Below, piece by piece: positions 56,011-64,000 of a stretch of 64,000 nt of DNA. The DNA lies in contig CAWBOS010000010.1 of the NCBI GenBank assembly GCA_963790475.1, forward strand, positions 1,248,001 through 1,312,000, in the 5' to 3' direction. This stretch comes from an uncultured delta proteobacterium. Lineage in GTDB: Bacteria; Desulfobacterota; RBG-13-43-22. The notes under the pieces were generated by a model. It had not been told where the DNA came from, ran no database searches, and saw nothing but the letters and a program-made list of their open reading frames with translations. Both the position numbers and the translations under genes were made by a program. Each line of letters begins with the position of its first letter. The stretch's first letter is position 1.

Positions 56011-57935
56011 TGCCTATACCATTCCTTTCCAGATTAATGAAGACTTGACCTTGCCCAAGGTCCTGATTGAGACGGCCAAAAGGTATGGGGATTCCAAGGC
56101 GGCCATGCGTGAAAAGGAATTCGGGATCTGGCGCCCGATCACCTGGAAAAAATATCTGGACAATGTCAAAACCATCGCCCTGGGTCTGGTCAGCCTGGGT
56201 TTAAAGCGGGGGGACAAGGTGGCTATGATCGGGGACAACCGTCCCGAAGGGTTATGGATGGAAATGGCCACCCTTTCCGTAGGCGGGATCGCCGTCTGGC
56301 TTTTTCAAGACTCTCTCATGGATGAAGTGGCCCATATCATTAACCATTCCGATGCCACTTTCCTGGTGGGAGAGGGTCAGGAGGAGGTGGACAAGGCTCT
56401 ATCCATCCAGGCCAAATGCCCCTTTCTGAAAAAAATCATTTGGGATGATCCCAAAGGGATGAGGGATTATAATGACCCCCTTTTGATCAGTCTCAGAGAG
56501 TTGATGGAAAAGGGAAAAGAATTGGATCAGAAAGACCCCGGACTTTTTGAAAAAATAATTTCCCAGGGAAAGGCCGGGGATGTGGCCCTGCTGTTTTACA
56601 CCTCCGGGACCACGGCCTTGCCCAAAGGGGCACTCCTCTCCCATTATAATTTGCTGACCATGGGTCAAAATATGATGCAGGTCGACCCTTGCACTCCCGA
56701 AGATGATTTTGTCTCTTTTTTACCTTTTGCCTGGATCGGGGAACAGATGATGTCCATCTCTTGCGGACTGCAGGTGGGTTTCACCATTAATTTTCCCGAA
56801 GAGCCGGAAACCGCCCAGGAAAATATCCGTGAGATCGGGCCGCATGTCATGTTCGCCCCGCCCCGAATGTACGAACAAATGACCCGTACCGTTCAGGTCA
56901 AGCATCTGGATTCAACCTGGATCAAAAGATCTCTTTTCGATGTGGCCATAAAAATCGGCTACCGGGTAGCGGATCTGAAGTTTAATAAAAAATCGATTCC
57001 TTTATTCTGGAAGATTATTGGACTGGATGGCCCATGCCCTGGTCTTTAAAAAACTCCGGGATCATCTGGGGCTCTCCCGGATCAGGAACGCCTACACCGG
57101 CGGAGCGGCCATGGGACCGGACCACTTTCGATTTTTCCATGCCCTGGGAGTGAATCTCAAACAGATTTATGGACAGACCGAGATCGCCGGGATCTCGGTG
57201 CTGCACCGCAGCGGGGATATCAAATTCGATACCGTAGGCACCCCGATCATCAATACCGAGGTCCGGATTACCGAAGAAGGTGAGATTATTTCCAAGAGCC
57301 CTTCGGTCTTTCTCGGGTACTATAAGAATCCCGAAGCCACGGCCAAAACCCTCCAGGATGGATGGCTCTATTCCGGAGATAAAGGGTTCATTGATGAAGA
57401 CGGACATCTGGTGGTTTTCGACCGGACCAAAGATGTGATGGTCTTGAGAGACAAGTCGATTTTTTCACCTCAGTATCTCGAAACCCGGCTGAAATTTTCT
57501 CCTTTTCTGAAAGATGCCTGGATTATCGGTCATGAAAAACAGTACATCACCGCCGTGGTTTGTATCGATTATGCCGTGGTCGGCAAATGGGCCGACGAAA
57601 AAAAACTGAATTACACCAGTTACCATGAACTGTCTCAGAAACCGGAAGTCTATGATCTGGTGGAAAAACAGATTCGGGAAGCCAATAAAAGCCTAAAACC
57701 GGCGGCCAAGATCCATAAGTTTGTCAATCTCTATAAGGAATTCGATGCCGATGACGAAGAATTGACCCGGACCCGGAAATTGCGACGGTCCTTTGTGGAA
57801 AATCGCTATCGGGATATTGTGCAGAGCTTGTATGAAGACCAGGACAATGTCCATATGGATACCACCATTACTTATGAAGATGGGCGGGTGGTACGCATCA
57901 AGACCGATCTCCATATCCGAAAACTTCCTGATTAA
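55994..57935 (+). pseudogene. Long-chain fatty acid-CoA ligase, frameshifted near 57015
   Basis: YTSGTTALPKG in the first ORF; YGQTE, GWLYSGD.G and LT.TRKLRR in the second; one extra base at AAGATTATTGGAC. Confidence 0.8.
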
Positions 57936-57946
57936 GGAGGAATTTA

Positions 57947-58831
57947 ATGAAGCTGTTTATTCAGGTCATTATTACCGGCATCCTGATGGGCGGTATCTAT
58001 GCCCTGGTGGCCCTGGGCTGGACCGTGATCTATAAATGCTCGGGCGTGTTGAACCTGGCCATGGGTGAACTTACCTTGATCGGGGCTTATGTCTGCCTGA
58101 CCTTTTATTTATGGGGTTTTCCCTTCATCCTGGCCCTCCTTTGCACGGTCATTATCGGTTTTATCCTGGGACTCATTACCGAACGGATATTCCTGGACAA
58201 GCTGATCGGAGAGCCGGTGCTGACAGTTATCATGGTCACCGTCGGTCTGTCCTTTTTCTTCCGGGGAATCATCGAGTTATTTTTCGATATCAACACGGTC
58301 ATCTTCGATCCCCCGGTTTTCCCTATGAAGCCCATTGACATCGGGGGCATCATCATCGGCCAGGTTTATCTGTGGAGTTTTGTGGCCGCCATTGCCCTGT
58401 TGCTCATCTTTGTGGCCTTCTTTCAGTTTACCCGCTGGGGCCTGGCCATGCAGGCCACGGCCGATGATGAAATGGCCGCCCTTTCCCTGGGGGTCAGCGC
58501 CCGCTTCGTTTATGCCACGGCCTGGGGGATCGCCTTTATTGCCGCCGGGGTAGGAGGCGCCTTATTGGGTAATATCAACGGCCTGAATATCTCGGTCGGT
58601 TACCTGGGCCTCTTGGTCTTACCGGCCGTCGTCTTGGGCGGATTGAATTCCGTACCGGGGGCCATCGTCGGCGGGATCATCATCGGGATCCTGCAAAATC
58701 TGAGCGGGGCTTATCTGGACCGCTTTACCCCCGGAGGGGTAAAAGAAATTGCCCCTTTTATCTTTATGGTCATTTTTTTGTTATATAAACCTTATGGTCT
58801 TTGGGGTTGGGAAAGGATAGAGAGGGTCTAA
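57947..58831 (+). CDS. livH: Branched-chain amino acid ABC transporter permease
   Basis: GGIYALVALG, NLAMGE, TRWGLAMQATA, LGGL.S..GAIVGG. Confidence 0.92.
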   Translation: MKLFIQVIITGILMGGIYALVALGWTVIYKCSGVLNLAMGELTLIGAYVCLTFYLWGFPFILALLCTVIIGFILGLITERIFLDKLIGEPVLTVIMVTVGLSFFFRGIIELFFDINTVIFDPPVFPMKPIDIGGIIIGQVYLWSFVAAIALLLIFVAFFQFTRWGLAMQATADDEMAALSLGVSARFVYATAWGIAFIAAGVGGALLGNINGLNISVGYLGLLVLPAVVLGGLNSVPGAIVGGIIIGILQNLSGAYLDRFTPGGVKEIAPFIFMVIFLLYKPYGLWGWERIERV

Positions 58832-58833
58832 CC

Positions 58834-59901
58834 ATGCAATTTCTACCTTGCGGTGTTTATCACGAATATTATCGTCAGGACCATGCCTGGTGGCAGACAC
58901 GGTTCGTCATTGGAAAGATGATCCTTCTGGGCCTTTTTATCTTTTACATCCTTCCCTATTGGGGGGGTCCCTATTGGGTCGGGGTGGCCAACTTAATCGC
59001 CTATACCATTATGGGGGCCCTGGGTGTCCAGCTTCTGATCGGCTTTTGCGGCCAGGTGACTCTCGGACACGCGGCCTTTATCGCCGTTGGGGCCTATACC
59101 GCCACCTTACTCACCCTGCAACTGAATCTCCCCTATTTATTGAGCATGTTTATCGGAGGCCTGATAGCCGGGCTCTGGGCCGTTCTATTCGGTTTGCCTT
59201 CGGCCAAGGTCAAAGGCTTTTATTTGATTATGACCTCCCTGGCGGCTCAGTTCGTCACCGTGGATTTTATTCTCACCCAGTACGTCAGCCAGATCGGCGG
59301 CCGGGGGCAGGCGTTTTCCCTGCCCCCCGGAACCATCACCATCGGCCCCCTGGTTTTGGACACTGATTTGAAAGTCTACTTTTTAGGCGCGGTTCTGACC
59401 ATTCTCCTGACCATGGGTCTGGCCAATCTGCTTCGATCCAAAGTGGGGCGGGCCTGGATAGCCATCCGGGACAACGATATTGCCGCTGAAACCATGGGGA
59501 TCAATATCATTACTTATAAGTTGATGGCCTTTTTTGTAGCCGGTTTTATCGGCGGAATTGCCGGGGGCTTTTGGGTCAGCACCCTTTCGGCCCTGAGTCC
59601 GGAACATTTTCAATGGTCCTGGTCCCTCTGGCTGGTGGGGGTGATCCTGATCGGGGGGGTGGGCAGTATCTATGGAACCATTTTTGGGTCCATGTTTATG
59701 GTCCTGATCATGGAAGGCTTAAAATTCGTCATCATTCCTCTGACTCCCATCTACCCCCAGTTCACCATGAGGTTTTTATTTCTCAAGGAAGCCGCCTTCG
59801 GACTGACCATTGTTTTGTTCTTGATTTACGAACCCAACGGCTTGGCCTATCGTTGGTGGCAGATCAAGAATTATTTTAATCTGTGGCCGTTTTCGTATTA
59901 A
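58834..59901 (+). CDS. livM: Branched-chain amino acid ABC transporter permease
   Basis: GQVTLGHAAF, S.VGRAW.AIRDND.AA..MGI, GGVGS. Confidence 0.92.
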   Translation: MQFLPCGVYHEYYRQDHAWWQTRFVIGKMILLGLFIFYILPYWGGPYWVGVANLIAYTIMGALGVQLLIGFCGQVTLGHAAFIAVGAYTATLLTLQLNLPYLLSMFIGGLIAGLWAVLFGLPSAKVKGFYLIMTSLAAQFVTVDFILTQYVSQIGGRGQAFSLPPGTITIGPLVLDTDLKVYFLGAVLTILLTMGLANLLRSKVGRAWIAIRDNDIAAETMGINIITYKLMAFFVAGFIGGIAGGFWVSTLSALSPEHFQWSWSLWLVGVILIGGVGSIYGTIFGSMFMVLIMEGLKFVIIPLTPIYPQFTMRFLFLKEAAFGLTIVLFLIYEPNGLAYRWWQIKNYFNLWPFSY

Positions 59902-59942
59902 GAATAGAAGGGTTCAAACGCGTATTAATCGAGTTTCATTTT

Positions 59943-60135
59943 AGAGTTCGGAGTTCGGAGCAGTTAGTTTTAATGGACTTATAAAAAGTCTCCAAACCCT
60001 GAGTAACGTTATTCCGGCGAAAGCCGGAATCCAGTATTTTAAAACGCCTATTCTTATCCTGGACCCCGGCTTTTGCCGAGGTGACGACTTTTGCCGAACT
60101 TATTGGTTTTCGCTCTGAACTGAATTGCTCCGAAC
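59943..60135. repeat. Composite palindromic element: heptamer arms (GAGTTCG/CGAACT) around a MITE carrying ATTCCGGCGAAAGCCGGAATCCAG...CTGGACCCCGGC
   Basis: Nested inverted repeats read directly from the sequence. Confidence 0.7.
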
Positions 60136-60240
60136 TAGAAATTGATTCTGTATTCCAAAGGAGGTGATGTATCTTCCGGGAACCACCGACTGTCGTCATA
60201 TCCCATTTGATTTCCTAAAACTTTAAAAATGGAGGTTGCA

Positions 60241-61524
60241 ATGATGAAAAAGAAATCACATTTATGGTTAGTTGCTTTTTTTATGGTCTTTTTAGGGGCT
60301 TCCGGTCTCGCCTGGGCTCAAGCAAAAGGAAAAGTTGAACCCGCCAAGGGAGAAATCAGGCTCGGGGCCCTCAATGACATGACCGGTGCCACATCAGACG
60401 TTGGCAAGGATTATGCCCTGGGCATTTCCGAGGCCATTGCCTATGTGAACGATAACGGCGGTATCAACGGGAAAAAGATCAAACTTTTTCAATATGATTA
60501 TGGTTATCGGATCCCTGAAGCCGTGACCACCTATAAAAGATTCCGTGATTTTGACAAAGTGGTGGCGGTCCTGGGTTGGGGCACCGGAGATACCGAAGCC
60601 CTTTCCCCCACCATCACCAAGGACAAGATGCCTTATGTCTCGGCCTCCTATTCGGCCCATCTCACCGATCCGAAAAAAACCCCTTATAACTTATTTTTCT
60701 GCCCGGATTATTCCACCGGTGCCCGATCGGCGATTACCGCCTGGTATGACAATGTCTGGAAAAAAGATGCCAAATACAAAGCCCGGAGAGATAAAGGGGA
60801 AAAACCCCGTTTGGTCTGTTTTTATATGTCAGCTTCCCCCTATGCCAGCGCCCCCATTAAAGCCATCAAGGATCAGGCCGCCCTCCTGGGATTTGAAGTC
60901 GGCCCTGACCAGGATATCCCTTTAACGGCCCTGGACACCAAAAGCCAGATATTGGGGGCCAAACAATTTAAGCCCGATCTGGTCTGGCATGGCAATACGA
61001 CCATGTCCGTGGCCACGGCCATGCGGGATGCTTATTCCCTGGGCCTGGGGGCCGATCATATCATCGACGTTTGGGGATTTGATGAAAACCTGCCCCGTTT
61101 GGCCGGACCGGCGGCTGAAGGGGCCATGGGGGTTGCCCTCTGCGCCTTTTTTGGAGGGAAAGCGCCGATGATGAATACGATTATGGCCTATGCCAAAAAA
61201 ATCAACCCCGGCGTCCCGGCCAGCAAGAGATTGGTTCGGACTGTCCAGGCCTGGGGGGCGGTCCTCCTATTGACCGATGCCATGAAGGTTGCCGATAAAC
61301 AAGGCAATTTAACCGGCGAAGGGATTGTAAGGGCCGTGGAAACCTTTAAGAACAAAGATTTTGGATTGGGTTCGCCACCGGCCAGCTTTTCAGCCACTGA
61401 TCACCGCCCGACAACAGGGGCTCCGATATATAAAATTGAAAAAGGAAAATTTGTCCTGGTCGAGTCTGTTGATTTAAAAAAACGATGGCCCGAAAAATGG
61501 GAAAAGGAATGGCTGGGCTGGTAG
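60241..61524 (+). CDS. Branched-chain amino acid ABC transporter substrate-binding protein
   Basis: Signal peptide; D.TG.TSDVG, N.NGGING, WGTGDTEAL. Confidence 0.92.
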   Translation: MMKKKSHLWLVAFFMVFLGASGLAWAQAKGKVEPAKGEIRLGALNDMTGATSDVGKDYALGISEAIAYVNDNGGINGKKIKLFQYDYGYRIPEAVTTYKRFRDFDKVVAVLGWGTGDTEALSPTITKDKMPYVSASYSAHLTDPKKTPYNLFFCPDYSTGARSAITAWYDNVWKKDAKYKARRDKGEKPRLVCFYMSASPYASAPIKAIKDQAALLGFEVGPDQDIPLTALDTKSQILGAKQFKPDLVWHGNTTMSVATAMRDAYSLGLGADHIIDVWGFDENLPRLAGPAAEGAMGVALCAFFGGKAPMMNTIMAYAKKINPGVPASKRLVRTVQAWGAVLLLTDAMKVADKQGNLTGEGIVRAVETFKNKDFGLGSPPASFSATDHRPTTGAPIYKIEKGKFVLVESVDLKKRWPEKWEKEWLGW

Positions 61525-61533
61525 AATAATAAC

Positions 61534-61612
61534 CGTTCAGCGTTCAGCGTTCGGCGTTCAGCCAAAACACGGGTTTATGATTTTGACTGAAGGCTGGAGG
61601 CTGACCGCCGAA
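61534..61612. repeat. Inverted heptamer repeat array (CGTTCAG x4 / GCTGA-type arm)
   Basis: cgttcagcgttcagcgttcggcgttcagc ... actgaaggctggaggctgaccgccgaa. Confidence 0.65.
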
Positions 61613-61634
61613 TATTTCCAAGGAGGCAAGATCG

Positions 61635-62444
61635 TTGGCGAAAGAACCGATCCTGAAGATCAATAGTATAGAAGTCAAATACCATGAGGTTATTCTAGTC
61701 CTCAAGGGAGTCTCCATTGAAATCCCTCAAGGAGGGATTGTAGCCCTCCTGGGGGCAAACGGGGCCGGGAAAAGTACCACCCTTAAGGCCATCTCCGGTC
61801 TGTTGAAACATGAGGACGGCAAGGTAACGGACGGCAATATTGTTTTCATGGGAGAACGGATTGACAAAAAAAATGCCGAGGAGATCGCCAAGTCCGGGAT
61901 CCTGCAGGTTATTGAAGGCCGCCGGGTCTTTGAACACCTGACGGTAGAGCAAAATCTCGTCGTCGGGGCTCACCTGCGGAAGGATCGGAGGGCGGTGAAA
62001 GACGGGTTGGAAATGGTCTACCATTATTTCCCTCGTCTGAAAGAAAAAAGAAGTGAAACGGCCGGGTTCATCAGCGGCGGGGAGCAACAGATGACCGTCG
62101 TCGGCCGGGCTTTGATGGCCAATCCCAAGCTGTTGCTTTTGGATGAGCCCTCGATGGGATTGGCCCCCATGCTGATCAAGGAGATCTTCAATATCATTAC
62201 CCGGCTTCATGAGGAATCCAAGATCTCCATTCTCCTGGTGGAACAGAATGCCAAACTGGCCTTAAGCGTCGCCCCCTATGCCTTTGTTATGGAAAACGGA
62301 CGTATCGTCATGGACGACACCGCTGCAAAGCTATCGGAAAATCCGGACATCAAAGACTTCTATCTCGGTCTCACCGATCTTGGAACCCGAAAAAGTTTCC
62401 GGGAGGTCAAACACTATAAACGCCGAAAACGTTGGTTAACCTAA
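61635..62444 (+). CDS. livF: ABC transporter ATP-binding protein (LivF-like)
   Basis: GANGAGKST, SGGEQQM, LLLDEPSMGLAP, VEQNA. Confidence 0.93.
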   Translation: MAKEPILKINSIEVKYHEVILVLKGVSIEIPQGGIVALLGANGAGKSTTLKAISGLLKHEDGKVTDGNIVFMGERIDKKNAEEIAKSGILQVIEGRRVFEHLTVEQNLVVGAHLRKDRRAVKDGLEMVYHYFPRLKEKRSETAGFISGGEQQMTVVGRALMANPKLLLLDEPSMGLAPMLIKEIFNIITRLHEESKISILLVEQNAKLALSVAPYAFVMENGRIVMDDTAAKLSENPDIKDFYLGLTDLGTRKSFREVKHYKRRKRWLT

Positions 62445-62456
62445 AGGGAGGATTTT

Positions 62457-63098
62457 ATGAAAAAATGTGTTGTTACTTTAGCTTTACTGATCGGAATCAT
62501 TGTCCTGATCGCCTTACCCTGTCTGGCTGCGGAAGGGAAAGCGGGTGCTGCGGATAAACCGGCCATGGAGAAGAAGATGGCCCATAAAATAATGGCGGCC
62601 AAAGCCCCGGTGGTAAAATTGGACCGGGTTGAGATCGCCAGCTATTGGGGCTACTATTTAGATGGTATTTTGGATAAGGAGGGAAAGTTAACAGCCGGGA
62701 GAAGAGGGGCGCCTCTGATTTTATCTTTTATCTATACTGTCCAAAACCCCAATAACTTTAAAATCATGCTGGATGATTTTCAGTTTACGGTCGCTTTCGA
62801 AGGATTTGAACTGAATACCTTGACCTTCTTCGACGACAACTATATTCCGGGAAAGACGACGGATCACTTCAGATTCAACGGCACCTTTGATTATAATGTT
62901 GCTCAAGGGTCTTTGATGGTTGCCAATGGCACCAGATTATTGGAAATGAAAGTCACGGCCGCTGATCTGCTGAAGAAATGGTGGGAAGGTATTTCAGATT
63001 TCAATTTTCCCATAACGGTCAACGGCACCGGAACCTTTGTCGGTCCCGACGGGAAAAACATCATTGTTCCATTTGAAGGTACCTTTCCGACTAAATAA
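62457..63098 (+). CDS. Secreted hypothetical protein (possible LEA_2-like beta fold)
   Basis: N-terminal signal peptide; VQNPN.F.I.L..F.F.V pattern. Confidence 0.75.
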   Translation: MKKCVVTLALLIGIIVLIALPCLAAEGKAGAADKPAMEKKMAHKIMAAKAPVVKLDRVEIASYWGYYLDGILDKEGKLTAGRRGAPLILSFIYTVQNPNNFKIMLDDFQFTVAFEGFELNTLTFFDDNYIPGKTTDHFRFNGTFDYNVAQGSLMVANGTRLLEMKVTAADLLKKWWEGISDFNFPITVNGTGTFVGPDGKNIIVPFEGTFPTK

Positions 63099-63110
63099 CA
63101 ACCGACTATC

Positions 63111-63333
63111 AGTTCGGAGTTCGGAGATTTGAGTTCGGAGTAAATACCAACCGCTCCGTATTCCGAACTCCGAACTTTTTTTTAATTAGTTTCCATCCGG
63201 AAACCCTGGGTTTCTGGATTAGCCGATAGCGGTCAGCTTTAAGCAAAAGCCATTTCCCCGGAGGTTTTTTTAAAAGCTGATCGCTAATAGCTGACAGTAC
63301 TCATCCGAAAGCGTCATTTTCGGATGAGTACTG
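63111..63333. repeat. Cluster of intergenic palindromes
   Basis: AGTTCGG heptamer arms (63111-63176), hairpin 63195-63219, AGCTGA heptamer arms, and a perfect 16 bp stem CAGTACTCATCCGAAA/TTTCGGATGAGTACTG (63295-63333). Confidence 0.7.
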
Positions 63334-63354
63334 ACTAACCCTTAGGGGGATTCA

Positions 63355-64000
63355 ATGGTAACTAAGAAAGACCGCTTCTCAGGATTTTTTTCCGAATTGG
63401 AAACCATGACCGTCGGTGAAAGACGCCGGTTTCAAAACAGGAAATTAAAGCAGATCATGGCCTACGCTTATGAAAAGTCCCCGGCGGTCAAAAAGAAATT
63501 AGACCGGGCTAAAGTCAAACCCGGGGATATTACGACTGCCAAGGATCTGGATAAACTACCCATTACCCAGAAGGCTGATTTGATCGGGCTTCAGAAAAAG
63601 AATCCTCCTTTCGGCGGCCTTAATGGGGTGCCTCCGGAAGAACTTAGCCGTATTTTTGTTTCCCCGGGGCCGATCTATGAACCGGGGGAAATAACCTATG
63701 AAGACAGCCGCTGGGCCCAAGGACTATACGCCGGCGGATTCAGGGCCGGCGATCTGTGTCAAATCACCTTTAGTTTTCATCTGGTCCCTTTTGGCTTTAT
63801 GCTGGATTCTTCGTTAAAACTTCTGGGCTGCCGTACCATCCCCGCCGGCGTCGGAAACACCGAGATCCAAGTCCAGATAATGAAAGACTTAAAAGTGACC
63901 GGATTTTTAGGAACCCCCAGCTTCCTCTTTTCCGCCTTGCAGAAAGCCAAGGAAATGGGCTTCAACCCCAAAAAAGACCTGGCCTTAGAAACGGCTTTTG
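63355..64000 (+). CDS. Phenylacetate-CoA ligase family protein, 3'-truncated by window edge
   Basis: Manual translation from ATG 63355: AYEKSP, DLDKLPIT.K.DL, RIFVSPGPIYEP, FSFHLVP.G, IPAGVGNTE, GFLGTPSFL. Confidence 0.85.
   Translation, partial: MVTKKDRFSGFFSELETMTVGERRRFQNRKLKQIMAYAYEKSPAVKKKLDRAKVKPGDITTAKDLDKLPITQKADLIGLQKKNPPFGGLNGVPPEELSRIFVSPGPIYEPGEITYEDSRWAQGLYAGGFRAGDLCQITFSFHLVPFGFMLDSSLKLLGCRTIPAGVGNTEIQVQIMKDLKVTGFLGTPSFLFSALQKAKEMGFNPKKDLALETAF

Noticed and set aside
59943-63333. Short repeat clusters as a CRISPR array
   Set aside because: Units are 7 nt inverted arrays without unique spacers, and there are no cas genes

Overview
A gene-dense 64 kb window from what looks like an anaerobic deltaproteobacterium (Desulfobacterota-like). 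The lineage is inferred from gene content: HdrA/MvhD, IorAB, an FrhB-like protein, a sigma54 activator, Liv-type ABC transporters with acyl-CoA ligases, and typical MITE and heptamer palindromes. No rRNA, tRNA or CRISPR array was found. Main points: (1) a CTP-synthase-C-terminal-like glutamine amidotransferase whose catalytic Cys codon is an in-frame TGA followed by a SECIS-like hairpin, i.e. a likely selenoprotein split in the ORF track (26607-27338); (2) a sigma54-driven operon tusA-mvhD-hdrA-hdrA-wHTH-hdrC-CCG protein-dsrE, an Hdr-like complex bracketed by two sulfur-carrier genes (16447-22429); (3) two paralogous stress modules about 26 kb apart (3.5-6.4 kb and 29.8-32.1 kb) that share a roughly 50 bp regulatory motif (3 copies), each encode a truncated Asp-to-Glu pseudo-receiver, show reciprocal gene loss, and resemble the actinobacterial DosR regulon in gene content; (4) an intact IS1380 with a TATA target duplication splitting a GNAT gene, an ISL3 remnant, a MazF-type TA pair, a HicB pseudogene and several frameshifted genes. 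All product calls come from motif recognition by eye; no database searches were run.
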